Assembly (NCBI GenBank): GCA_045110695.1
Contig: JBGCGH010000043.1
Span: 12,755-76,754 of the forward strand
Direction: 5' to 3'
Length of the DNA stretch: 64,000 nucleotides
DNA from: Bdellovibrionales bacterium
GTDB taxonomy: Bacteria; Bdellovibrionota; Bdellovibrionia; Bdellovibrionales; UBA840
Positions 49,382 through 58,709 of this stretch are shown piece after piece. The translations under genes and the position numbers were made by a program. The first letter of the stretch is position 1; every line of letters starts with the position of its first letter. The notes under the pieces are model-generated. The model had not been told where the DNA came from. It was given only the letters and a program-made list of their open reading frames with translations, and searched no databases.

Positions 49382-50263
49382 TTAGCTCCCAAGGATCTTG
49401 AGAAAGCCCTCTGCTTTACTCAAAGGCTCTTTAAAGCTTTTAACTAGTTCAGGAATTTCATTCGGAGCAATACTTAGTCTTTGCAGCACTTCTTTAGGTG
49501 CGCCCATTTTCTTTTTATAACCACTATTTCCAAATCGAATGGTCTGGATTAGTAGATTTGCTAATATTACAATATCGACATACTGATTCATTTCGTCACT
49601 GAGGCCAGTTCTTAGTTTTACATCATATGTGTGGTGATGGAGGATACAATTCTGAACAGAATTGGGAAGTTTCCATTTTTCCCCCAATAGTTTTCCGATT
49701 CTTGTATGAGTCATACTTTCAAGCTGTCTTTCAGATTCAATAAATGAAAGGTTATTAGATTTAGCATGGGTTGCTATTTCGTCCAAGAGGTCTATGTCCA
49801 ACATTGCAATAGCTATCTTTCCCATATCATGCACTAGACCACAGGTGAATAGATCACTCGGTGTCTTATGCTTTATATGCTCCGCAACTACTTCTGATGC
49901 AATGGCAACTCCTATAGAGTGTTTCCAGAAAGCAATTAAATCAAAATTAGGTTCTCCCTTAATTTTAAGAGATGAAAAAACAGAGGCCGCGATCACTAGC
50001 TGATGAACTGTGTCAAAACCAAGAAAACCAATTGCTCTTGAAAGATTAGATACTCCTCCAGGAATGGCATAGTAGGCAGAGTTGGCTAGAGTCAGTACTT
50101 TAGTTGTCAAAGATTGGTCTTGCAGCATTACTTCTTCAACATCTTTAATTGTAGACATGGGGTCGGCAATAATCCGATTCAACTCTTGTACTACGACGGG
50201 GAGGGTCGGTAGATCTGCAAGTCTATTCGTTACATCATCATATGTGATTTTTTTTGCGCCCAT
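49382..50263 (-). CDS. HDOD domain protein
   Basis: LPTLPVVVQEL..I..DP......V.EV...D..LT.KVL.LANSA.Y..........A...LG, then GLVHDMGK. Confidence 0.8.
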   Translation of the reverse strand: MGAKKITYDDVTNRLADLPTLPVVVQELNRIIADPMSTIKDVEEVMLQDQSLTTKVLTLANSAYYAIPGGVSNLSRAIGFLGFDTVHQLVIAASVFSSLKIKGEPNFDLIAFWKHSIGVAIASEVVAEHIKHKTPSDLFTCGLVHDMGKIAIAMLDIDLLDEIATHAKSNNLSFIESERQLESMTHTRIGKLLGEKWKLPNSVQNCILHHHTYDVKLRTGLSDEMNQYVDIVILANLLIQTIRFGNSGYKKKMGAPKEVLQRLSIAPNEIPELVKSFKEPLSKAEGFLKILGS

Positions 50264-50300
50264 ATTCTAAGTTGCCTTCAATTTAAATCCAAGTCGAGAT

Positions 50301-50717
50301 CTAGGCTGCGACTCTAGGGAATTTATGCTCTGGAAAAATCTCCTTCAGTTTGGCAGAGATCCTTTGGAAAGTTACTGGTTTCAATATATATCCATCTACG
50401 CCAAGTTTTTTAGCACTTAGTACCTGTTCTTTCTCCATCACTGCTGTAACAAGAACAAAAGGAATGTCTTTCCACTTTTCACTTGATCTTGTTTTTTCCA
50501 ATAGATCAATCCCGTCCATTTCAGGCATCATAATGTCAGAAATAATAGCTACAATATCTTCTTTTTCTGACTCTGCATCCATCGCCTCCCAAGCCACTCT
50601 TCCGTTCTCACACTCAATGACTTTAAAATCTAATTTGAGAAGTAAGTGTTTGATAACAGTACGGTTTGTTGGTGAGTCTTCGACTAATACTATGCTTTTC
50701 TTTTTTTCTTCCGACAT
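50301..50717 (-). CDS. Single-domain response regulator (CheY-like receiver)
   Basis: VLVEDSPTNR, IISDIMMPEMDG, LVTA....., KPV. Confidence 0.85.
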   Translation of the reverse strand: MSEEKKKSIVLVEDSPTNRTVIKHLLLKLDFKVIECENGRVAWEAMDAESEKEDIVAIISDIMMPEMDGIDLLEKTRSSEKWKDIPFVLVTAVMEKEQVLSAKKLGVDGYILKPVTFQRISAKLKEIFPEHKFPRVAA

Positions 50718-50823
50718 TCTAATCCCCCTGGATTTCCTAGTGTCTTATCGGTTTGTTCTTGTAGAATGTTGATTATATAATTCAAAGGTCTGGACGCGGC
50801 GCAATTAAACATCGGTTATTTTA

Positions 50824-52038
50824 TTGATCTTTCCAATTTTTCCAACAAATATGTACTGTATGACTGCATTTACTCTTGTTCTAATTCTTTTTACCAGTGT
50901 TGTTAGTGCTTTAGCCCTAATTGCATATTCAAAATTATCAAGATTGGGTGAAGAGGTGGAAAGCCTGCAAGAAGACCAATCAAAAGCCCAGAGACTGTCG
51001 CCTGTTGAAGGCATTCATAAAGAAGCTTGGGAGTTTCTTTCAAAAAAGATGTTGGATGATTCAACAGATTTGATTTTACTGTTTGATAAAAACCAAAAAT
51101 TAAAGCTTTGGAATCGAAAAGCACAAACTTATTCAGATCTTTCCATAGATCAGGAGGCTTCAGATTTGAAGGAGATGTTTGAAGCGGATTCGAGGCTTAA
51201 GCTTGAAAACGCATTGAATGTTCTTACTGTTCCCGGGAGTGAGAGTTTTGTTGATCTTAAATTAAAAATAAAGAAAGAAGATGCTAAGGATTTTATTTTA
51301 GAAAGAAGCTTAAACGATGAATACGCCATTTCCCTAAAGAGTAGACCAAAAGTAGATTCAGATGTTAAGTTTTCTATGAACAAAGCCTTGTTTCGAGGAA
51401 TTGAGTTGCCGATTGATGAACTCAATGTATCTAACAAGCAACTTAGTAAAATTGTGTCCGACGAAAACTCTCCCCTCAATCGTGAAGAGCTGAACTTAAT
51501 CTCCAGTAGTCAAGGGGTCAATATAACCACGGTCAAAAACGTAGTTCAATTTACAAAAAGTTTTGGAAAAAATAAAAACTCATTTTCCGAAGACAGGGTT
51601 CAAAGCCAAAATGTGAACATCATTTTAAAGTCACTAAGTCTTTTAATAGGTGCTTTGACTGATAAAAATAGTGTTGTTTTTCGCCCAACCTACGAGAAGG
51701 CAATAGTCTCGGTTCTTACGCAGCCTAAGAATTTACAATCTCTTATTTATAGTTTTTTTGATAAAGTACAGTCGTCCTTCGACAAGACTGGTGTGAACAT
51801 AGAAGTTGATTTGAAAACAAAGTCAGAACCTATGGAGGTTTATTTTGAATTTGAGATCAGAGTTCTTTTGTTGGGACGAGAAATTGGCAACCAGTGGTAT
51901 GAAAAACTAAAAAATGATGGTGAAGCTTTGACAAGGTATTCGGAACAGTTTATGGAGCTTAGTTCAAACTTTGAGGTTCGAGAATTGGATGCAAACTGTG
52001 TTTTAGTATCCGTGATATGCCCAAGAGATATTACTTAA
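50824..52038 (+). CDS. Hypothetical membrane-anchored protein (PAS-like region; C-terminus may be a degenerate kinase-like domain)
   Basis: One N-terminal TM helix (TAFTLVLILFTSVVSALALIAY). Start ambiguous (ATG 50851 or 50860 are alternatives). Divergent from the signalling operon. Confidence 0.5.
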   Translation: MIFPIFPTNMYCMTAFTLVLILFTSVVSALALIAYSKLSRLGEEVESLQEDQSKAQRLSPVEGIHKEAWEFLSKKMLDDSTDLILLFDKNQKLKLWNRKAQTYSDLSIDQEASDLKEMFEADSRLKLENALNVLTVPGSESFVDLKLKIKKEDAKDFILERSLNDEYAISLKSRPKVDSDVKFSMNKALFRGIELPIDELNVSNKQLSKIVSDENSPLNREELNLISSSQGVNITTVKNVVQFTKSFGKNKNSFSEDRVQSQNVNIILKSLSLLIGALTDKNSVVFRPTYEKAIVSVLTQPKNLQSLIYSFFDKVQSSFDKTGVNIEVDLKTKSEPMEVYFEFEIRVLLLGREIGNQWYEKLKNDGEALTRYSEQFMELSSNFEVRELDANCVLVSVICPRDIT

Positions 52039-52078
52039 TTTTTGCTTTTATCCACTACCTAGTGTATCGCTATGACAG

Positions 52079-53134
52079 ATGTCATTCTTACAAAGACAAA
52101 TTTTAAATTCAGAAATTAACTTCCCGGTTTGTTTAGCGCCGATGGTAGGTTTGAGCCATGTAGCGATTCGTAAAGAAGTAGCCCGTTATATGCCAAAAGG
52201 GGCTAAGACAATATGGCCTACTGAAATGCTGAATTCTAGAAGGCTCCACTCAGAAAACATCGAGAAAACACCGGAGACCATGAGAGCTCCAGAAGAGACC
52301 CATCTAGTTCCTCAAATCTTAGCCAACGAAGAAGTACATATTAGAAAAAGTATGAGGGTCTTGGAGGACTGGGGTGCACAAGGCGTTGATATAAATATGG
52401 GATGTCCCGTGAAGAAAGCTCTAAAGCACAATTACGGAGTGGCTCTAATGGGCGATATCAATTATGCAGCGGAGGTAGTCAGGGTCACAAAATCGGCGAC
52501 GGAATTGCCGGTATCTGTAAAGTTACGTGCTGGCCATCAAGATGATCTAGGATTTTTAGGGGAGTTTGTAGATGCCATGCAGGAGAGTGGGGCGAGTTGG
52601 CTTTGCCTCCATCCTAGAATCGCTTCTGAGAAAAGAAAAGGTAGGGCTCGGTGGGGGCAGGTGGGTTTTGTAAGGGATAGGTTAAGTATTCCGGTTATAG
52701 GTAATGGAGATGTTCAATGCTCACAGGATGTTCACGATTACAACCAACTCACAAACTGCGACATGGTCATGGTCGGACGAGCTCTAATGGCAAGACCATG
52801 GTTGCTATGGCAGATTGGTGAAGATCTCGGCTTTGAGGCGCCAATTGATTTTCTAGAGGGTCAAAATGCTCCAAGGACAAGTTTCGATGAGGGGAAAGAG
52901 TTTCATCAGTTTGCTAAAAGAGTATTGTACTCCACATTTGAAATATATAATCCAAGTCTTGCTATCAGGAAATACCGATACTTTATAAAAACCGCATCCC
53001 CTTGGTTGAGCTTTGGCAATCATCTAACTAACTTGATGATGCGTTCAGATCAGGCTGAGGGGCTCGCAAAACTATTAGACGATTTTTTCAGTAAGCCACA
53101 AGCCATGTTAGCCAAAACAGATTTAAGAATCTAA
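52079..53134 (+). CDS. tRNA-dihydrouridine synthase
   Basis: LAPMVG.S....R, INMGCPVKKA (catalytic Cys), LHPR, GNGD. Confidence 0.85.
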   Translation: MSFLQRQILNSEINFPVCLAPMVGLSHVAIRKEVARYMPKGAKTIWPTEMLNSRRLHSENIEKTPETMRAPEETHLVPQILANEEVHIRKSMRVLEDWGAQGVDINMGCPVKKALKHNYGVALMGDINYAAEVVRVTKSATELPVSVKLRAGHQDDLGFLGEFVDAMQESGASWLCLHPRIASEKRKGRARWGQVGFVRDRLSIPVIGNGDVQCSQDVHDYNQLTNCDMVMVGRALMARPWLLWQIGEDLGFEAPIDFLEGQNAPRTSFDEGKEFHQFAKRVLYSTFEIYNPSLAIRKYRYFIKTASPWLSFGNHLTNLMMRSDQAEGLAKLLDDFFSKPQAMLAKTDLRI

Positions 53135-53377
53135 AAGTCCGTCGAGTTTTCCCTCACTTTCAAGGGCTGACAACTCAGAGAAACCACCAATTAATTTGTC
53201 GTTTATAAATATTTGAGGAACAGTTCTCATGCCTGTTTGTTTAATAATTTCTGCCATTTTGTCTGGATCATTTTCAAGGTTTTCTTCGACATACTCGACT
53301 CCTTTACCATCTAAAAGAGTTTTTGCATGTTTGCAGTAGGGACACCAGTCTTTTGTATACATAATTACTTTTGCCAT
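53123..53377 (-). CDS. grxC: Glutaredoxin
   Basis: 84 aa. CPYC active site, TVPQIFI, GG..E. Confidence 0.85.
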   Translation of the reverse strand: MAKVIMYTKDWCPYCKHAKTLLDGKGVEYVEENLENDPDKMAEIIKQTGMRTVPQIFINDKLIGGFSELSALESEGKLDGLLDS

Positions 53378-53388
53378 ATTTTTTCCTT

Positions 53389-55245
53389 TTAATTTAAAAT
53401 TGGAATCACGTTCACTTCGAGTTCCTGTTCTAAGTTTTCTCTAATGATCTCTACTTGATCTTTGTTCCTTCCTATACCTAGCATAAGAGTGTCAAATTTG
53501 TGAGTCTTTTTAAGAGTCATCAAGCCTTCGGCCAGATTCCCAGGTAGGATTTTAACAGTAACAATCATATCTTTATTTTGGTAGATCGGTGCAACCTGCT
53601 GAGATACAACTCGCTGTAATAATTCAAAAAAGAAACCTTCCGGATCCTTATTTTCCTCCGCATGGAAAACAATAACTTCAAATGCCTTTCCCTCCGCAAG
53701 CTTTGTTGCCTTCTTAATAGATGTATTAATTAAGCGTCTTGCGCCTGTACCTCCGGCACATACTACATAAGTGGGGAGATCTACGGGAAGGTTCGTGTTT
53801 TCTGAAAATCTTCCTAGGCCAAGTCTTAAGTCGTTTCTCTTTTCAAGTCGTTCTTCCAAGACACCCCATCGATAGAAGGCCATTAACAATAGAACTAGCC
53901 CTAAAATTTCCAATAACATAGTTTTAGCCTCTGCTTCAGAAAAATAAAGAAGCAAGAGTTGGGCGGCAGCAAGTGTGATTCCTGAAATCATTGGTATCAC
54001 AGGAATTTTAAAGCCTTTAAAATTGATAATGAGTTGAGATAGAACTCCCCTTTCAACATCCTTTCTCAGGGAACGATTCCTCATTAAAACTACACCAAGA
54101 GCAAAGCTAACCATTACAGCTAAAAAGGCCATTCCATATACTTCCTCCAGCACTGAGTCCTTGTCATGAGCGAAACCGGTCATAAACATCGCAATGAACA
54201 TAAAAGGTAAAGCAATAAACGGGTAGCCCTGAATGCTGGGAAATTTATGTGCAAGTCGTGTAAGTAGCATTTGAGGAAGGTTTCCTTGTTTTGCCATTGT
54301 AGTAGCTAATCCTATAAAGCCAACATAGGCTGTGTTTACCGCCGCAAATAGAGTAAGGGTAGCGTCAAACACTAGAACCAGAAGCAATGTTCTTCCACCA
54401 ATTTTATTTGCTAGTCCTGAAAGTAATGCAGTTCTGTTGTCTAATACCTCATCATGAGTAAGGACCGCTAAACACATAAAGCTTATCACCGGAGCAGACA
54501 GAGATACTAAGATGACTACAGCCCTATAAAGTTTTTTAACGGTTTCGTTTAATGGCTCCTGAAGTTCTTCTACAATTTGTGCTGCTGATTCAAATCCCGT
54601 AATTCCTAGAAAGGCAGCGGCAAATCCATGCAATATAGCGGCTGTTCCTAGGTCTTTAGGCATGTGAGTAATCATTTTCGACCATTGGATGTCATGTGTG
54701 AGCAAATAGAAACCGCTCCAGATACCCATTATAATTAAGAGACCAAAGTGGGTAGCGGCGATGGTGGTTACAATCTTTGCAGGCTCTTTTATACCTCGGA
54801 TATTGAGTAGTCCAAAAGTGATAATTGGAATAAACGATAGCAAGACTATCGTTCCTGAGTTGGAGTGTCCATCAGACAAAGAGGTAATATAATGGGCTCC
54901 CGCCAAACTACTTACAGCAGCTGTCGCAAGATAGGAAAGAACCGTCAGCGAGCCAACTAATACAGCGGCCCTCCTGCCAATAGTTCTTAAAACCATTACA
55001 TAGGCACCTCCGTTATAAGGGGACATTCCAATGCCTTCTTCGTAGGTTCTTTTAAAGAGCCACATCATTAAACAAACAAATAAGATAAAGAAGGGGGCCA
55101 GGTATCCTACTTTTGGGAACAATAGCCCTGTTGAATAGAAGACGGAGGTACCAATGTCGGCCCCAACAATACCCGCCCCAATGACCCAACTAAGACGGTT
55201 TGATTTAGCTAATCCCAAACTGTATTCCTTTGATTTCCACCCCAA
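53389..55245 (-). CDS. APC-superfamily permease with a C-terminal cytoplasmic (USP-like) domain
   Basis: 618 aa, about 12 hydrophobic helices, then a soluble tail of about 140 aa. Confidence 0.6.
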   Translation of the reverse strand: MGWKSKEYSLGLAKSNRLSWVIGAGIVGADIGTSVFYSTGLLFPKVGYLAPFFILFVCLMMWLFKRTYEEGIGMSPYNGGAYVMVLRTIGRRAAVLVGSLTVLSYLATAAVSSLAGAHYITSLSDGHSNSGTIVLLSFIPIITFGLLNIRGIKEPAKIVTTIAATHFGLLIIMGIWSGFYLLTHDIQWSKMITHMPKDLGTAAILHGFAAAFLGITGFESAAQIVEELQEPLNETVKKLYRAVVILVSLSAPVISFMCLAVLTHDEVLDNRTALLSGLANKIGGRTLLLVLVFDATLTLFAAVNTAYVGFIGLATTMAKQGNLPQMLLTRLAHKFPSIQGYPFIALPFMFIAMFMTGFAHDKDSVLEEVYGMAFLAVMVSFALGVVLMRNRSLRKDVERGVLSQLIINFKGFKIPVIPMISGITLAAAQLLLLYFSEAEAKTMLLEILGLVLLLMAFYRWGVLEERLEKRNDLRLGLGRFSENTNLPVDLPTYVVCAGGTGARRLINTSIKKATKLAEGKAFEVIVFHAEENKDPEGFFFELLQRVVSQQVAPIYQNKDMIVTVKILPGNLAEGLMTLKKTHKFDTLMLGIGRNKDQVEIIRENLEQELEVNVIPILN

Positions 55246-55319
55246 GCGGAAGTCTAATTCTCACATAATGTATAATCTCAAAATTAAAATGTAATTGCCA
55301 AAACTTTTCTTCTCTAAGT

Positions 55320-56333
55320 CTAAAAAGCTTTAAAATTCGTCAATTCTTGTTTAAATGCAGGGAGCTCATTCAGTCGTTTCAGTTTATCGAAAAGCTCTTC
55401 TGACTCTATATAGTTTCGAGATAAAAATTTTGTCCACTGCTTTACTCTTCGCATGGCAAAATCTTGTCCATGAATTTCTACTCCCTTATGAAAGAAGTCT
55501 TCCACTTTTTCTTTAACCTCAACCCAACTCAATTCAGATTTATTCGGGGAAATGGGGGCTTCATTTTTTAAAAAAGGAAAGCGTTTGTGAACTCTAGAAA
55601 TATTCTTGGTGCTAGAATTTTTAATTCTAATTTCATTAGCAAGACTTGGTCTCGCATAGGCACCTCTGCCAAGTAAAAAGTCATTGCAGCCGCTCACCTC
55701 TGCACATTTCTGCCAGTCTTCTGGGTTCCAAATGTCACCATTGGCAATCGTGGGGATTTGGACTTCGTCCCTCATGGAGCGGATAAATTCCCAATGAGCT
55801 GGTGGACGATAAGCTTCTCTCTTTGTTCTTGCATGTATGGCTATCCAATCCGCGCCACCTTCTTCCACCGCTTTAGCGATTTCTTTATGTAGAACTTTAT
55901 CTTCAAATCCTAGTCGTACCTTAGCAGTGAGAGGTGAATCGGGGAGTGCTTGGCGCATTTCTTTAAGAACTTTGAATATAGCACTAGGGTCTTTTAAAAG
56001 ACTTGCCCCTCCACCATGATTGTTTACCGTTTTAGCGGGACATCCAAAGTTTACATCAATCCCGAGGGCACCTAAGTTTTTTGCTGTGAGTGCATTTTCT
56101 GCCATATAATTGGGGTCACTACCGAGCAATTGAACAAAAACGGGTACCCCGCTCATTGTGCGAGCTTTATTTTTTAATTCCGGGCAATATTTATAGAAAA
56201 CCTTTTCTGGTATTTTTTGGTTTGTTACTCGAATAAACTCAGTAACACATAAATCATAGCCGCCAATTTGGGTGTATAGATCCCTTATTATGGAATCTAC
56301 TACACCTTCCATTGGGGCTAGTTCAATAAACAT
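55320..56333 (-). CDS. dusC: tRNA-dihydrouridine synthase C-like
   Basis: N-terminus MFIELAPMEGVVDSIIRDLYTQIGGYDLCVTEFIRV closely parallels E. coli DusC. NFGCPAK catalytic Cys. IHART..., ANGD. Confidence 0.8.
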   Translation of the reverse strand: MFIELAPMEGVVDSIIRDLYTQIGGYDLCVTEFIRVTNQKIPEKVFYKYCPELKNKARTMSGVPVFVQLLGSDPNYMAENALTAKNLGALGIDVNFGCPAKTVNNHGGGASLLKDPSAIFKVLKEMRQALPDSPLTAKVRLGFEDKVLHKEIAKAVEEGGADWIAIHARTKREAYRPPAHWEFIRSMRDEVQIPTIANGDIWNPEDWQKCAEVSGCNDFLLGRGAYARPSLANEIRIKNSSTKNISRVHKRFPFLKNEAPISPNKSELSWVEVKEKVEDFFHKGVEIHGQDFAMRRVKQWTKFLSRNYIESEELFDKLKRLNELPAFKQELTNFKAF

Positions 56334-56794
56334 TACTTAGCCATTTTTAGAATATGCTTAAACTCTTGTATACTGACAGGCTGGATGCTAAGTCGCTGGC
56401 CTTTCTGTACGAGCTTCATTTCAGCCAACTTTTCTGTTTCTTTAATTTCTTGTAAAGTAACAGGTTCCTTAAATTTGCTAGAGAATTTGACCGTAACACA
56501 ATGCCATCTTGGATTCTCTTTCGTAGATTTTTCGTCATAGTACTTACTTTCCGGATCAAATTGTGTGGGGTCGGGTTTTGCTTCTTTGTGAATTGTAGCG
56601 GTTCCATATACGCCCATTGGCTTTGCGTTGCTGTGGTAGAACAAAACATCATCTCCCACTTTCATGTCTTTCATCATAAAATTACGAGCCTGGTAGTTTC
56701 TCACACCATCCCACATTTCTGTTTTTACTTTTTTTAAATCATCGATAGAAAAAACATCCGGCTCAGACTTCATTAACCAATACTTTTTTGCCAC
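56333..56794 (-). CDS. EVE (PUA-like) domain protein
   Basis: 153 aa. YWLMKSEPDVFSIDDL......WDGVRNYQARNFM..M..GD.VLFYHSN. Its TAA stop overlaps the dusC ATG (TAATG). Confidence 0.8.
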   Translation of the reverse strand: MAKKYWLMKSEPDVFSIDDLKKVKTEMWDGVRNYQARNFMMKDMKVGDDVLFYHSNAKPMGVYGTATIHKEAKPDPTQFDPESKYYDEKSTKENPRWHCVTVKFSSKFKEPVTLQEIKETEKLAEMKLVQKGQRLSIQPVSIQEFKHILKMAK

Positions 56795-56974
56795 AAAAAG
56801 ACTCCTTTGAATAAGAAGACTTTCTAGCAGGTTTCAGCCTGAAAATCTGCACTACATATAAAGTTTACTGAAAAGAGAGCTTCTTCTGAGCTCCAAATTG
56901 ATACATTTGAGCCTATAATGCATTGCGGAAACTATCAGACTAAAGGCGGACCAGAAAAAATCCGAAAAGAAGTC

Positions 56975-57421
56975 ATGGCAGCGGCAAAAAAACCTAAAAC
57001 TACTCAATATGGTGTGACTCAGGCCTTGGAAGCCTTAAGTCATGTGGACCAGAAAACTCGAGAAAGCATCATGAAAAACCTTGCGGTTCTTGATCCGGAA
57101 GTGGCCAGAGAACTGGATGAAAAGATGTTAAGGTTTGAAGACCTTGTTTTAATGAATCACTCCGGCTTACAGAGTTTTATGAAGGAAATTGAAGACAAAA
57201 AATTAGTATTAGCTCTTAGAGGAGCCAGTCCAGACTTACTGAAGAAGATTTTTTCTTGTTTTTCGAAGAGAAAAGTCCAGATGTTGGGTGAGGATATTAA
57301 AAACTTAGGACCACAGCCTTTATCAAAGGTGGAGGAAGTCCGATCAGAAATAATGAAAGAGGCCAGAGTTTTTCTCGAAGCGGGAAAAATGGTGATCTCA
57401 ACAAGTGAGGAGGTAGTGTGA
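56975..57421 (+). CDS. Stand-alone FliG C-terminal domain-like protein
   Basis: Start placed at MAAAKK (ATG 56975). MLRFEDLVLMNHSGLQSFMKEIEDKKLVLALRGASPDLLKKIFSCFSKRKVQMLGEDIKNLGPQPLSKVEEVRSEIMKEARVFLEAGKMVI aligns by eye with the E. coli FliG C-terminal domain (MFVFEDL...ALKGA...RAADILRDDL..RGPV.LS.VE......GEMVI). Confidence 0.65.
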   Translation: MAAAKKPKTTQYGVTQALEALSHVDQKTRESIMKNLAVLDPEVARELDEKMLRFEDLVLMNHSGLQSFMKEIEDKKLVLALRGASPDLLKKIFSCFSKRKVQMLGEDIKNLGPQPLSKVEEVRSEIMKEARVFLEAGKMVISTSEEVV

Positions 57422-57750
57422 AGACTTTTATGATTATAGCTATGTTTCTAGCCAGCCCTTTTCTTTTTGCGAAATCAGACTTTGTAGAAAGCTACCGTCT
57501 TAATACCAAAGATTTACATGTTTACGATTTAAGTGATAAAACCAAAAGACAGTTTGCGGAAAAAACTAAAAGAGTTCCTGCCAATGCCTCTGGCTACTAC
57601 CCAGTGCTTTTTGGTGCGTTTCAGGATCAAAATATATATTTAAACCAAAGTCTTTGGTTTCAAGAGCTGGAATGTGAGAGTCTAAATGTGAGAGAGTATA
57701 AAGACCAGTTTGATTGCTTAAAAGCAACTAAATTTCGTATGCTAAAATAA
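57418..57750 (+). CDS. Small secreted hypothetical protein
   Basis: Signal peptide MIIAMFLASPFLFA (probable start ATG 57430). Overlaps the stop of the FliG_C-like gene. Confidence 0.45.
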   Translation: MKTFMIIAMFLASPFLFAKSDFVESYRLNTKDLHVYDLSDKTKRQFAEKTKRVPANASGYYPVLFGAFQDQNIYLNQSLWFQELECESLNVREYKDQFDCLKATKFRMLK

Positions 57751-57849
57751 TAGAAAAACTAAAATAATATCTTAGATGAACTCTATATTATGTAGAATTC
57801 TTTTGACCTATTCAACGATTTTGGGTGCAATAAGCTTTCAAAAGGGGAG

Positions 57850-58278
57850 TTGGCTTTGGTTTGGAATATATATAGTGCGCTATTGGGTGGAGCGATTATA
57901 GGTTTAAGTGTGTCTATCATGCTTTTGTTTAATGGGCGAGTCACTGGAATAAGTGGAATAGTTAAAGGTCTTCTAAGTCCCATAAAAACCGATATTTCGT
58001 GGCGGCTCTTGTTCGTTCTAGGCTTAGTTCTAGGGGGATTTGCCATGAAGATGTTTGGCTTTACTCTTTATTCTGAACTAGAGGTTATTGGTCGGTGGCA
58101 AGTTATTATAGCTGGTTTTATTGTAGGAGTAGGAACTAGTCTCGGAAGTGGTTGTACTAGTGGGCACGGTGTTTGTGGGATCTCGCGGCTATCCACCAGA
58201 TCTATCATTGCCACTTGTACATTTATGGCTACGGGCTTTACTACTGTTTTTATTTTACGCCTTTTAGGTGGTCTTTAA
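57850..58278 (+). CDS. YeeE/YedE family (sulfur-transport-related) membrane protein
   Basis: [12 protein letters not shown] motif, 4 hydrophobic helices. Start uncertain (TTG 57850 or 57856). Confidence 0.7.
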   Translation: MALVWNIYSALLGGAIIGLSVSIMLLFNGRVTGISGIVKGLLSPIKTDISWRLLFVLGLVLGGFAMKMFGFTLYSELEVIGRWQVIIAGFIVGVGTSLGSGCTSGHGVCGISRLSTRSIIATCTFMATGFTTVFILRLLGGL

Positions 58279-58709
58279 TGAAAACGGGAATTATTAGTTT
58301 TGTTGTTGGTTTCGTGTTTTCTATCGGCTTAGTTGTTAGCGGAATGACCCAACCGGAAAACATTATAAATTTTCTTGATCTGACAGGAAATTGGGATCCA
58401 AGCTTAGCCTTTGTGATGATCGGGGCTATTGGCCTTCACTTTTTTACTTTCAAATGGATATTAAAAAGAAAGAGTCCATTGTTTGCAAACAAGTTTATGG
58501 TGCCTTCTAGATCCGACATTGATAAAAATCTTTTACTAGGTTCTGCCCTTTTTGGCATAGGTTGGGGACTGGGCGGTCTTTGTCCGGGCCCTGCTATCGC
58601 TTCTTTACTTGATGGATCACTAGAGCCAGTACTTTTTGTTGGATCTAGTCTACTTGGAATGTTTGTCGTAAATATTTTAAAACCAAAACCTTTGGGAGAA
58701 AAAGGATGA
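58278..58709 (+). CDS. YeeE/YedE family membrane protein (partner half)
   Basis: Start moved to [12 protein letters not shown] (TAATG overlap at 58278). GIGWGLGGLCPGPA motif. Confidence 0.7.
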   Translation: MKTGIISFVVGFVFSIGLVVSGMTQPENIINFLDLTGNWDPSLAFVMIGAIGLHFFTFKWILKRKSPLFANKFMVPSRSDIDKNLLLGSALFGIGWGLGGLCPGPAIASLLDGSLEPVLFVGSSLLGMFVVNILKPKPLGEKG

